Assembly (NCBI GenBank): GCA_013265495.1
Contig: MU057640.1
Span: forward strand, 2,195,405 to 2,259,404
Length of the DNA: 64,000 nucleotides
From: Vicugna vicugna
Taxonomy: Eukaryota
Direction: 5' to 3'
Below the pieces are notes generated by a model that was not told the DNA's origin, made no database searches, and saw nothing but the letters and a program-made list of their open reading frames with translations. Positions within the stretch are counted from its first letter, which is position 1. The number at the start of each line of letters is the position of its first letter. The translations under genes and the position numbers were made by a program. Positions 50,654 to 62,849 of the stretch are shown piece after piece.

Positions 50654-52873
50654 ATGGCAGTGGGTGAGGCCCTGATGCACATCAGGGTCACCGTTCTGCT
50701 GCTCTGGCTTGGGGTGTCTCTGTCCATTTCTGGCCACTCTCGGGCCAAGCCTTCCCAGCACTTCTACCAAGAATTGGTGATCCCCTTGAAGGCACCTGGC
50801 AGGGACAGAAATGCAAAGGCTCCAGGCTGGCTTTCCTACAGCATGCGGTTTGGGGGCCAAAGACATATTGTCCACATGAGGGTCAAGAAGTTCTTGGTTT
50901 CCAGACACCTCCCAGTGTTCACCTACACAGACCAGCGTGCCCTCCGCCAGGATCAGCCTTATGTTTCTGATGACTGCTACTATCATGGCTACGTGGAAGG
51001 GGTTCCTGAGTCCCTGGTTGCTCTCAGTACCTGTTCTGGAGGTTTTCGGGGAATACTACAGATAAATGATCTTGCTTATGAAATTGAGCCAGTTAGGTTT
51101 TCTGCTACATTTGAACACCTGGTGTATAAGATAGACAGTGATGATACACAATTCCCGCCTATGAGATGTGGGTTAGCAGAAGAGGAAATAGCACGCCAAT
51201 TGGAGTCACAAAAGTTGCATAATTTCACTCTGATGCAAAGTTCTTACTTGGGCTGGTGGACCCACTTGCGGTTTCTTGAATTCGTAGTGGTCGTGGACAA
51301 TCTTCGATTCGTTCACTCACAAAGTAATGTGTCAGTGGTACAGCGTGAAACAGTCGATGCTGTCAATATAATAGATACCTTGTATGACACTCTTGACATT
51401 GATGTAACTTTAACTGGGATTGAAATCTGGACTGAAGGAAACCTAATTGCCATCGATGACATAGATACGATGCTGGAGGATTTTGCTCTTTGGAAGTTTT
51501 TTGGCCTTGATGACCGACTGCCACATGATGCTGCCCATCTTTTCATAAAAAAATCATTTGGTGTAAAGCTTGGAGTTGCCTACGTTGGCGGAATATGTCA
51601 GCGTCCTTTTAATAGTGGAGTTGATGTTTTTGAAGATGAGAGTCTGTATAGTTTTGCACTGGTTGTGACCCATGAGCTTGGCCATAATTTAGGTATGCAG
51701 CATGATGATCAGTGGTGTGTGTGTGGACTTCAGTGGTGCATAATGTTTCCTACCAGACAGGTGACAAACAAATTCAGCAACTGCAGTTATGCCCAGTATT
51801 TGGACAATGTTATCAGTAATGGATTATGTCTTTACTCTCCTCCATATCCAGGGAATATCTTTAGGCTGCAGTATTGTGGGAATCTTGTGGTCGAAGAAGG
51901 AGAGGAGTGTGACTGTGGAACCACAGAGCAGTGCACAAATGATCCCTGTTGTCTATTGAACTGCACTCTGAAGCCTGGGGCCACTTGTGCTTTTGGGCTT
52001 TGTTGCAAAGACTGCAAGTTCATGCCATCAGGGGAACTCTGTAGACGTCAGGTCAGTGAATGTGACCTTCCAGAGTGGTGCAATGGGACATCTCATCAGT
52101 GCCCAGAAGATGTATATAGGCAGGATGGGATTCCCTGTAGTGATGACAGTGCCTACTGCTATCAGAAGAGATGTAATAACCGTGATGAACAGTGCAGGGA
52201 GATTTTTGGCAAAGATGCAAAGAGTGCATCTCAGAGTTGCTACAAAGAAATCAACACCCAAGGAAATCGATTTGGTCACTGTGGTATCAAAAACACAGTA
52301 TATGTAAAATGTAAGGTCCCTGATATCCTATGTGGGAGAGTTCAGTGTGAAAATGTGGGAGTAATTCCTAATCTGGTAGAACATTCCACAGTGCATCAGT
52401 TTCACTTGAATGACACCACTTGCTGGGGCACCGATTATCATTTAGGGATGTCCATACCTGATATCGGTAGAGTGAAAGATGGCACAGTGTGTGGTCCAGA
52501 AAAGATATGCATCCACAACAAGTGTGTCAGTATGGTTCGTACGCCACAAGCCTGTCAGCCTGAGACCTGCCACATGAAGGGGATCTGTGATAATAAACAG
52601 CAGTGCCACTGCAACCCTGGATGGGCACCTCCCGACTGCAAGCACCAGAGCAATGCAAGTAGTAATGACAGCAACCTGCCTTCTAATCCCCAAGCAGAAG
52701 ATGCAGATGGGAAGAGGGGGAGCCAGTCATTATTGTGGCTTATTTCTTTGATTTCTTTATTTTTATGTTGCTTCTTTGTGCTCTATAAGAAACTTAAAAA
52801 GGAAAAGGAGGAGGAGGAGATGGAAGAAAAAGAAATGGAAGAAGAAGAGATGGAGGAGGAAGAAGATGACTAA
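50654..52873 (+). CDS. ADAM20: ADAM20 (disintegrin and metalloproteinase domain-containing protein 20)-like, 739 aa, CDS in one exon
   Basis: Signal peptide MAVGEALMHIRVTVLLLWLG, cysteine switch MRCGL, zinc motif HELGHNLGMQH (51671-51703), Met-turn CIM, disintegrin loop SECD, Cys-rich and EGF-like domains, TM LLWLISLISLFLCCFFVLY. Strong Kozak ataATGg at 50654; the ORF-track start at 50615 has a weak context. Lies next to MED6. Confidence 0.92.
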   Translation: MAVGEALMHIRVTVLLLWLGVSLSISGHSRAKPSQHFYQELVIPLKAPGRDRNAKAPGWLSYSMRFGGQRHIVHMRVKKFLVSRHLPVFTYTDQRALRQDQPYVSDDCYYHGYVEGVPESLVALSTCSGGFRGILQINDLAYEIEPVRFSATFEHLVYKIDSDDTQFPPMRCGLAEEEIARQLESQKLHNFTLMQSSYLGWWTHLRFLEFVVVVDNLRFVHSQSNVSVVQRETVDAVNIIDTLYDTLDIDVTLTGIEIWTEGNLIAIDDIDTMLEDFALWKFFGLDDRLPHDAAHLFIKKSFGVKLGVAYVGGICQRPFNSGVDVFEDESLYSFALVVTHELGHNLGMQHDDQWCVCGLQWCIMFPTRQVTNKFSNCSYAQYLDNVISNGLCLYSPPYPGNIFRLQYCGNLVVEEGEECDCGTTEQCTNDPCCLLNCTLKPGATCAFGLCCKDCKFMPSGELCRRQVSECDLPEWCNGTSHQCPEDVYRQDGIPCSDDSAYCYQKRCNNRDEQCREIFGKDAKSASQSCYKEINTQGNRFGHCGIKNTVYVKCKVPDILCGRVQCENVGVIPNLVEHSTVHQFHLNDTTCWGTDYHLGMSIPDIGRVKDGTVCGPEKICIHNKCVSMVRTPQACQPETCHMKGICDNKQQCHCNPGWAPPDCKHQSNASSNDSNLPSNPQAEDADGKRGSQSLLWLISLISLFLCCFFVLYKKLKKEKEEEEMEEKEMEEEEMEEEEDD

Positions 52874-52912
52874 GGCTCCTGCTTCATTAAAAAAAAATCT
52901 CATTTTTCTTTT

Positions 52913-53056
52913 AATAAAGAAGCATTAGGGCAAGTCTGGCTGTTTAACAAGAAAAAATTTAAGGATTCCTCATGTCAGGATCATAAGCATTAATATTACA
53001 CTGAAGGATTCCTAGCATGTTCTTACTTACTCTTCAGTGTTTTAAGCTATATTAAA
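52913..53056 (+). terminator. ADAM20: ADAM20 polyadenylation signals (AATAAA 52913-52918; ATTAAA 53051-53056)
   Basis: Hexamers 40 and about 180 nt after the stop codon; T/GT-rich sequence follows the second. Confidence 0.6.
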
Positions 53057-53639
53057 AGTTCATTTTTTTTGCCTGGAAATCATCTCTTTGTGTTTCCTGA
53101 GCAAAGTCACATTTTTAAGCTAACATCTATTCGTTGTAAACCTCCTCCCTCCTTTGTACTCTTAAAATGTAATACCCAGGGTATGCTGCTACATACCTCA
53201 CTTCTGTTTTGCTAGCTCTTTTCCAGGTTGCTGTGCCAAAAGGCAGAGCAGTAGTAGCCTGGAATGATGAATGAAGGGGGAAGGGAATTTACTTTCTTGT
53301 GTGCTAAAAGTTACTCTGTCATTTTGCCAGGGACCCTCACTCTGGTAGCCGTTTCGGTTTTAGATTCCAGTTTTGTTGACTCTGTTAGAACCCTCCTCGT
53401 TCTTCACTAGAAGTACCAGCACCAGTTGGCCGCTGACACTTTCAGAGAGCTGAATTGCAGCTCTGGGGTTAGCAGTGTGGTCCTTCTCTGAATCAACAGC
53501 AGCAGCTGGTCACTTGACCTCCTCAGAGCTCTTGTCCCTTCTCCTTTAATCATCAGTCCTTGAAAGAACCCAACTTCTTTCCTTTGTTCCCTTGGCCCTA
53601 TGGCTGCTAGGTGCTTTCAGTAGTTACTTTGTTGTGATA

Positions 53640-54760
53640 GTTCAAGTTCTCCAGCAGCAGACACTGAATTAGAGTTTAGAGAGAAAGGGTAAGGAAGTCA
53701 GTTGTGCAGATGAGAAACAGTACTACATCATAGCCTTGGCCAACCTGGGAGCAAGCTCTGGTATGAACATTGCCTGACAGACTAGTGTTGAATTGGGCCA
53801 AAAAGGTCTGGTCTTCATATCCTTCCCCTGCTCATTCACTGGATGTGGAGTGCCCAGGGAAGAGTGAGATCTTGGTCATGCACCTCCCTGCAACTGAGGC
53901 TGACCCCAGACAGTAACATCTGGGGGCTCTCTGCTGATCAGAATCCCAGCAGCTGGTCAGCAAGACTTTCCTGGAAGGGAGGATGAAGGTGGCTTATTTG
54001 GAAATTCCTCCAGTCTGATTTTTGCATTGCTCTAATCAGCTTTTCCTGGTAAGTTCTAGAAGCTGCTCCTCCAGGATTCTGGCAGGCATCTCTGCCTGTA
54101 GGGAACTACAGAAGAGGGGCATTAGTGGGGTGAAGAACAGACCCTACTACTGTATTTGGCACTGGGGCTGAAATTGATACTTATTGTCTCTCTCCTCCAC
54201 TATCCATACTAGTTTCCCTCTTCTCTAGATGGCATTCTGATGACTTTGGTTGGATGTTAACCTGAATGTTACCCAGACCCTTATCTTTAAATCACCTGTT
54301 CCCATGCCTTGCTTAGGCTGGGATTGTGGAATCTATCCATTTATAGTCACAATAGAGCTAGGGAATACAAAGACGTACCTAAGGAGATCACCTGGGTTTC
54401 ACACATATGTCCTATGCCCCCATCATATAACAGTAGCCCTACCTCCTCTCAATGACTGGGCTCAGTTATGCCTATCAAGACTTTAACACCTCTGCTTGCT
54501 ACTGCAGGGACCCAAGGAACACAAAACACCCAGGTGGCACCTTATACTTCCACTGGGACTCTACTTTTGTTCTCTGGTGAAAATATGACCCATTTGGCAA
54601 CTCTGTGGAGCCCAGAGTTTTAGGGGACAGGAAGCATAAAACACCCCAGTGAATCAAAGGGAGTGATGGTAAGTGGTGCCACTCCTACTGCCAGCCCCTG
54701 GTTCCCAGACCCACATAAAGATCTCTGGTTTAGTGTGAACAGTCCATCCTGGAATGGTAC
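53640..54760 (-). mobile_element. LTR16-like ERVL LTR with adjoining internal sequence
   Basis: gttctccagcagcagacactga...cactggatgtggagtgcccagggaag...cccagcagctgg; ERV-L-like internal sequence follows. Confidence 0.55.
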
Positions 54761-54761
54761 C

Positions 54762-57700
54762 TGTATTAGCGTTCCCCAGAGAAACAGAACCAATAGGATA
54801 TGGGGATTTATATATTCACCCTTTCCCCAGAAGAGGAAGTAAAGCCCTTGAAAGATGTTTATTCCTCTAGATGTCCTGCTTGGATTGGGTTAGTGTAGTT
54901 TTCCATTGACCTTAATCACAGGGTATGGTAACACTAAGAGATACCCTAAGGTATTTCCTGTATTCCAGACATACTCTTCCTTGTCTCTACCAGTTTTCTC
55001 CTTGGTAATCAGGATCAGTCACCACAGCCATCACTGTAGCTCCATTCATTGCCTATTGATTCAGAGGCATGAGGAACCCAAATTGGCCAGGTGGCTGTCC
55101 AGTTAATGGAATCATTGTTGTGTCTCCTGGTGGAAGCATTCCTCCCTCTAGGAGTTAAGTCCTCTAGGCTACCAAAGCATAAAGTCACAGGAACAGGAAG
55201 CAAAGATTTTGCTAGTGGGGAATGCAGGTTAATAATGAGTGGTGCCACTTCCATTTCCACCTCTTGATTTCTGGAGTCATGAATCCTGGGCATGGGAGAA
55301 ACAGCACCATATATTGGACACTGATTCAGAGCATATACAGCCTTCTGGAGAACCTTGCCTCCACTCTGAAAGGTATTGGCACCTAGCTGGCACTGTAACA
55401 GAGTCTTCAAAAGGCCATTCCACCATTCTGTCAAGACAGCTGCTTCAGGATGGTGGGAAACATGGTAAGACCAGTGAATTCTATGAGCATGGACCTATTG
55501 CTGTATTTCTTTTTCTGTGAAGTGATCAGAAACAATGCTGTGTGGAAAACCACGATGGTTGTTAAGGTATTTTTTAAGTCCATGGATGGTATCTTTGGCA
55601 GAATTACTGGGTGCAGGAAAGGCAAATTTTATCCAGACTGTCTGTTCCAGTAAGAATAAAATGCTTCCCCTTCTATACTGGAAGCAATCCAGTGTAATGA
55701 ACCACCTTTTGACATGCACCTACTGGCTGGCTGATCAGCTGGCTGATCATCCTAGGAAATGTTGCCATATTGAGAGCTCAGTGTTGGTCTATGCCAGTTC
55801 AGATCAGGCAGTTAGTAGTGGCTGTTGCCTGGCCATCCTTGGTGAGTGGAAGTCCATGTTGCTGAGCCCATGTATAGCTGCCAACCATTATGGTCACTTT
55901 GTTTATGAGCCCATTGGGTAATGATGGGTGGCTGGGAAAAGAGGCTGGCTGGTATCCATAGAATGGGTCATCCTATCCACTTGGTTATTAAAACCCTCTG
56001 CTGAGGTAACCCTTTCGTGAACATCCACAAGGGACACAAATATCTTCATTTTTTTTTCGCCCTTACAGAGAGATCTATCCACATACCTCTTTCCCATATT
56101 TCTTCATCACCAATTTTCAAATCATGTTCCAGCCATGTCCCTGACCATGCAGCCAAACCATTGGCTACAGCCCATTAACTGGTATATAATCACAGATCTG
56201 GCCATTTCTCTGTGCAAGCAATGTGCACAGCTAGGTGCACTACCCGAAATTCTGTCCATTGGAAGAACTTCCCTTCATCGCTGTCCTTCGGGGACGTCCC
56301 AAAGAAGGGCCACAGTGTTGTAGCTGTCCACATTCAGTTGGTGCACGCGTATCACAGAGAACCGTCTGTAAATCAGGCCTGGGTCTTCTCTTCCCCTGTC
56401 AGCTGATCACAGGGAACTCTCCATGAGGCTCTACTGGCAGGCCCTTCAAGGCCCTTCAAGGACCTGCTCGGGCCTGACCCTGTGTGTATCCCTTCCATTT
56501 GATGATGAAGTGTTACTGTGCAGGCCCACTTTATAGCATGGTAGGTCAGGTAATACCCACGGTGATGGGCAGCTCAGGTTGTGTGCTAACTTGGTGGCCC
56601 ATCATCAAGCATTCAGTATCTGGTATGGCCCAGTAATAGGCCAAGAGCTGCTTCTCAACAGGAGAGTAGTTATTCAAAGCCTCTGATGGCAGAGGCTTGC
56701 TCCAAAATCTTAAAGGCCTGCACTGTGACTCCCCTATAGGGGCCTGAGAAAGCAGCATCCCTACCAGCCACTGATACTTCAGGCCCCATTGGATCTGAAT
56801 GGATTGAATCATATGGCCCAAGGAGCAGAGCAGTGTACATAGCAGCCTAAACCTGTGGCAGAGCTTTCTCTTCTTCTGGGTCCCACTCAAAACTAGCAGT
56901 TTTTCAGGTCAGGCAAATGTACTGGAGTAACACACCCAAATGAGGAATATGTTGCCCCCCAAAGCCAAACAGGCCCACTAGGTATTGTGCCTCTTTCTTG
57001 GTTGTAGGAGAGCCAGACAGAACTTACTCTTTATCTTGGAAGGGATATCTTGTCATGCTCCACACCATAGGACCCCTAAAAATTCCACTGATGTAGAAGT
57101 AAGTTTTAATCAGACTTACTTCCCACCCTCTGACATGCAAATGTCTTACCAAAGAGCCTGGAGTAGTTACTTCTTCTTACTCACTAGGTCTAATCAGCAA
57201 TAATGCCATCAATACAGTGGGCCAGTATGATACCTTTTGGAAGGAAAAGGTGACTGAGATTCTTGCACACTGAATTATGACATAGAACTGGAGGGTTGAT
57301 ACACCTCTGAGGGAGAACAGTGTGTGTATTGCTGGCCTTGCCAGTTGAGAGCAAACTGCTTCCAGTGGGCCTTACGGACAGGTATGGAGAAAAGGCATTT
57401 GCCACGTCAGTAGCTGCATACAAGGTACCAGGGGATGTGTTAATTTGCTCAGGCAATGCAACCCCATCTGCTATGGCAGCTGCAGTTGGAATCACCACCT
57501 GGTTAAGCATACAATAAAGTAATCCGCTGTCATTCTCCAAGATCCATCTGTCTTCTGCATGGGTCAGACTGAGTTGAATGAGGATGTGGTATGAATCACT
57601 ACTGCATCCTTCAAGTCCTGGATGGTGGCACTGATCTCTGGGATCCCTCCAGGGATGTGGTATTAGTTTTGGTTTACTATTTTCCTGGGTAGAGACAGTA

Positions 57701-60330
57701 CTAATGGCTTCCACTTGGCCTTTTCTACCATAGTAGCCCTCACTACACAAATAGGGAACCAATGTAAGGATTTTTGCAGCTGCTAAATATGTCTATTCCA
57801 ATTATGCATTCTGCAACTGGAGAAATAACCACAGGGTGGATTCAGAGAGCCAGTGGACCTACTGTGAAATGAGCCTGAGCTAAAACTCCACCGATCATCT
57901 GACCTCCATAAGTGTCTACTCTGACTGGAGGGCAACAGTGATGTTTTGGGTCTTCTGGAATCAGAGTCAGTTCAGAGGCAGTGTCTGGTAGTCTCTGAAA
58001 AGTATGATTATTTCCTTTTCCCCAGTGTACAGTTACCTTGGTAAAAGGCCACAGGCCCCTCTCAGGAAGGCTGGGAGAAAGTTAACTGTATAAATTTTCA
58101 TTAGTGTAGTCGAGTCCTTCCTCAGGAGGACCTGTCCTCTCATTCATTCATGTAAACTGGCTCAACTCTGGGAATTGATTAAGTGGCTGTGACTGTTTTT
58201 GTGATTTGTGTTAGACTTTTGTGCACTTGACTCAGGGGCTTTCTGCATATGTAGATAAAGAAAGAATTTCTATTTCATTTCTAGGAACATCATGAGTAAC
58301 TAGCAAACACCATAGGTTTGCATGAGCCAGACTATTCTAATGGCTGCTTTGGCTCTACTGTTCATTACAGTAACCATGCCTACCTTGTCATTGGTGGCTG
58401 AGTGCTGCCACCTGGGCCCTGCCACCCTAAGATCCATATATTCCCACTGCATCTAGGTTTCCCAGTTGAATAGCTGTGGTTCCCACTCTAAGATCTGTCC
58501 TCCAGAGAAGGGCCATCATGGAACCCTTCAAAGTTGTTGGACTCCCCTCACAAATTTATTTCTCAAAATATTAGTGAAAGGTATGTCCTCTGGACCCTCC
58601 TAGTGTAGGTAAGTGGGCCCTAAATGACAAGATCACTCTAACATTTCAATCTCCCTAAGCTTCTGGGTCCTTTCCTCTACATTAAACCAAGGGAGGTTGG
58701 GCATTTCCAGTTGGCCTTCTTTTGGTCATGTTTCAGTTAAATAACCAACAAATTATTAGAGCCCTTTCTAACTCCCTGAGCTACAACATTAAATGCAGGA
58801 TCTTAGCTTAGTGAGCCCATATCAATAAATTCGGCCTGACCTAACTTTATGTCCCTTCACCATTATGTCCTACACCCTTAGAATCCATTCCCACACAAGT
58901 TCTCTGGATGTCTGCTTGTATAAATTTGAAAACTCAAATAGTTCTTTTGGAATATAGTGCACCTCCTCATGGGTCACACTTTAGGGGTCTGTTGGCCCTT
59001 GAATCTTCAGGTCTGGAAGTGGAGAGGGGTGGTGGAGTGGGCCCTGAGGAGAACCAGCATTGTCTTGCATGGCAGCTATCTCAGGAGAGGGCATTACTGT
59101 TTCCTTAGGCAATGCAAGGTTAATTCCTCAGATGGAGATAGAAAAGCTGCTGTCACTGTGAGTGGGGAGGCTGTTGCTTCTGGGAGTGGGGAGGCCAATT
59201 CCACTGGGAGTGGGGGAGCTCTTCCCCTGGTCAAGAAGACTCATTAGAGAAGGCTGAATGTCTTCAGTTTCATCAGGGTTTTCCTACACATCCCTATCCC
59301 AATTTATAGGATTTTGTTCTTTCCTAATCAGTCCCTTCACTCTAACAGTAGACACCCTGTGAGGCTAGGAGTTCAATTTCTGTTGTAATTTAGCTAGTGG
59401 CAAAATGAGGTTCTGTATTTGATTTTCATCAATTTCAGCCCTGTGGCTCCAAGAGCTAAGGCTCTCAGGGCATGCATAGGAGCTCTTAGGTCATTTATGG
59501 AGCACTTGAGCTGGGAATTGGGATCCCTTGGTTCTTTCACCACTTTGTCCAGCAACATTAGGCAACCAATCAATGTCATTTATCCTTTAGTTTTCAAAAA
59601 ATGTCCAAAAGTATCATATAGTCACTTTTCTCTCTGCTTCATATAGTGGTTCTTTAGGAGTTTCCAATGCTGATACATTGCATATCTTTAATCGACAGTT
59701 CATCATTGACTATCAGTGCTCTCTTTACTACTAGAAAGAGCCATTAGAGTCTTTAATCAGATTAGAGAGCCAATTTTAGAAACTCCAGAATCAAGTCAGA
59801 AAACTCATCCTTTAAATTTAGTTCCTCTAAAACCACTCCTGGTATTAAAATCTGTGTTAGTCCAGATTCTTCAGAGAACTACAACTGATAGAGTATGTGC
59901 TCGTGTGATTATAGAGGCTGAGAATTTCTGGTCTGCCATCTGCAAGATGGAGAACCAGGAGAGCTGGTGGTGTAATTCTTTCTGAGTCTGAAGACCTAAG
60001 AATCAGAGGAGTTGATAGTGTAAGACCCAGTTCAAATTCAAAGCCTCAAGAACCAGGGACACTGATATCCAAGGGCAGAGAAAATGGTGTCTCAGCTCAA
60101 GCAGTGAAAGCAAATTTGCCCTTCCTCTGCCTTTTTGTACAATTTAGGCCATCAGTGATTTGATGATGCACACATGCATTGGTGAGGGTAACCTTTTTTA
60201 GTCAGTCTACTGATTGAAATGCTAATCTCTTCCAGAAACACCCTCACAGACATACCCAGAAATCATGTTTTAGCAGCTATCTGGGCATCCATTAGCCCAT
60301 TCAAGCTGATACACAAAATTAATCATTACA
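54762..60330 (-). mobile_element. Decayed ERV-L provirus: MLT2 5' LTR 59853-60330, internal gag-pol-dUTPase about 54815-59851, remnant 3' LTR 54762-54815
   Basis: RT motifs YAATDVANAF and TVLPQRCINPPVLCHNSV...HCIDGI, RNase H region YSPVEKQLLAYYWA, integrase MTEWWNGLLKTLLQCQL; MLT2 ends tgtgttagtcc...aaaattaatcattaca; many stops and frameshifts. Confidence 0.88.
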
Positions 60331-60769
60331 AGGGATGGAGTGTTAAAGAAGTTGCAGCCCTCTTTAATCTATCAAATGTATCACACTCTCTTAGCGAGAT
60401 TATGGTGAGTATAAATTCGTATACAATGCAGGTGGTAATGAGAACTGGTAGAACCTCAATGAAGTGGAATTTGCTGATGTTCAGTGAAAATACGTATGTA
60501 CTTAACCTTGAACCCAGCAATCTTTCTGGAACTCTATACTAAAGATATACTTCTTAACTTTGAAATTACTTTGGTATAAGCTTCTTTGGGGCATATATCA
60601 GCAAAAGATTGGGAGCCACACCAATGCCTACCCATAGAGGACTACTTGAATAAAATATAGTACTTCCTCACAATGGATACTTGGCAACATTTAAAATGGA
60701 TAGGCAAGATTTACTTACAGTGATATGACATGATCTCCAGGACTAGTTCTTAAGGGACACAAACTTATC

Positions 60770-62200
60770 TACATGAGCTTTCCTGGAGGCTGACATCTTG
60801 ATTGGATCATTAACTCCAAGACCTAGCCCCACCCAACAGCCTGTACGGAAGCCTCAGGCTAAACAACATCAGGAGACTTTCTAAGCCACAAACAACTCTA
60901 GACATGGCCCTACTCACCAGAGGTCCAGGACCAAACTTCACCCAGCAGTGGGCAGGCACCAGCTCCTCCTGCCAGGAAACCTGCATAAGCCTCTAGTCTA
61001 GCCTCATCCACTAGGGGCAGATACCAGAAATAAGAAAACAACAATCCCAAAGGCTGTGGAAGGAATCCACAAACACAGGCCAGATTGTACATTGGGACCT
61101 GCTGCACCCTGGCCCTTGGGTGACAAGAGAGGAGTGTACTGCTGGGACGCATAGGATGTCTCCCACAGAGGGCCACCTCTCCAAGGTCAAGAAACATAAC
61201 TAACCTACCTAAAAATACAACTAGAAAGATAGACAATATAAGGCAGCAGAGGAATATCTCCCAGGCCAAAGCACAAGATAAAATTCCAGAAGAAGAAATA
61301 AGGGATGAGGAGATAGGCAATTTACCTGAGAAAGAGGTTAAAGTAATGATGGCCAAGATGTTCAGAGCACTCAAGAGGAATATAGATGCACAGAGTGAAG
61401 TTTTTAGCAGAGTTTGAAAATATAAAGAATACCCAAACAGAGTTGAAGAATAAAATCACAGAAATGAATAACACACTAGAAAGAACCAAGAAAAGACTAA
61501 ATGAGGCAGAAGGACTGATCAATAAGCTAGAAGACAGATTAGTAGAAATCACTACTGCAGAACAGAAAAAAGGAGAAAGAATGAAAAGAAATGAGGATAG
61601 TTTAAAAGAACTCTGGGACAACATGAAGTGCACTAATACTTGCATTATAGGGGTGCCAGAAAGAGAAGAGAGAGAGAGAGAAAGGACCTGAGAAAATTTT
61701 TGGCGAGATAATAACCGAAAACTTCCCCAACTTGGGAAGGGAAACAGTCACCCAAGTCCAGGAAGCTCAGAGAGTTCCACACAGAATCAACCCACAGAGG
61801 AACACACCAAGGCACATAGTAATCAAATTGACAACAATTAAGGATAAGGAGAAAATATTAAAACTAGCAAGAGAAAAGCAATGAATAACATACAAGGGAA
61901 GTCCCATAAGGTTATCAGCTGATTTTTCAGCAGAAACTCTACAGGCGAGAAGGGAGTGGCATGATATATTTAAAGTGATGCAAAGGGGAAACTTACAACC
62001 AAGAATACACTATCCAGCAAGGCTGTCATTCAGATTTGGTGGAGAAATCAAAAGCTTCACAGACAAACACAAGATAAAAGATTTCAGGACTACCAAACCA
62101 GCTTTACAACAAATGTTAAAGGAAATTCTCTAGTCATCAAACTATAAGAAAAGAGAACAGATAGAAGAAAGAGAGGGAAAAAGAGAGAGAGAGAGACCTA
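60770..62200 (+). mobile_element. L1 5' region with defective ORF1 (about 61238-62133)
   Basis: Coiled coil TELKNKITEMNNTLE...LKELWDNMKCTN, ENFPNL and HYPARLSF motifs; start ATG mutated to ATA, internal stop. Confidence 0.85.
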
Positions 62201-62204
62201 CAAA

Positions 62205-62730
62205 AGATTGTTTTGGCTATTCGGGATCTTTTTATTTTTCCTTATAAATTTTGGGATTGTTTGTTCTTGTTCTGTGAGGAATGTCGCAAGTATTTTGATG
62301 GGGGTTGCGTTGGATCTATGGATTGCTTTGGGTAGTGTGGTCATTTTGATAGTGTTGATTCTTCCAATCCAAGAGCAAAAGATATCTTTCCATTTCTTTA
62401 TGTCATTTTAGTTTTCAGAGTATGGGTAACCTCCTTGGTTAAGTTTATTTCTAGATATTTTGTTGTTTTTGATGTAACAGAAATGTCTCTGCTGGTTATA
62501 AAATTCTGGTTTTTGAAGTTAAAAAAAAAAAAGTGAATGAAGGGCCGCAAATGGCAAAATAGCCTTCTTTTCTGTGGGTCAGTTGTTTCATTACATACAT
62601 ACTGCATCTCCATTATCTATTCAACTATTGATGTGCGCTTAGGATGCTTTCATATCTTGGCAATTATAAATAATGTTGCTGTTAATAGCAGGGTATATGT
62701 ATCTTTTTGAGTTAATTCTTATTTTGTGCT
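62205..62730 (-). mobile_element. L1 fragments
   Basis: KYLEINLTKEV; ggattgctttgggtagtgtggtcatttt. Confidence 0.7.
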
Positions 62731-62849
62731 TGGCTCTGTTCCTTTGATAATTATGTAAGTTTAAAAAGCTCAAGCTCTAAACATTCTTAGAAACAATGAA
62801 AAGTACATATGTGTAAATTTAAAAATATATGTGCATTAAAAAAAAAGAT

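Noticed and set aside
50459..52693. Several antisense and alternative-frame ORFs
   Set aside because: Shadows of the ADAM20 CDS with no independent evidence
55015..57762. Retroviral pol-like ORFs as a possibly domesticated gene
   Set aside because: Fragmented by stops and frameshifts; the RT catalytic YxDD has decayed to CIDG
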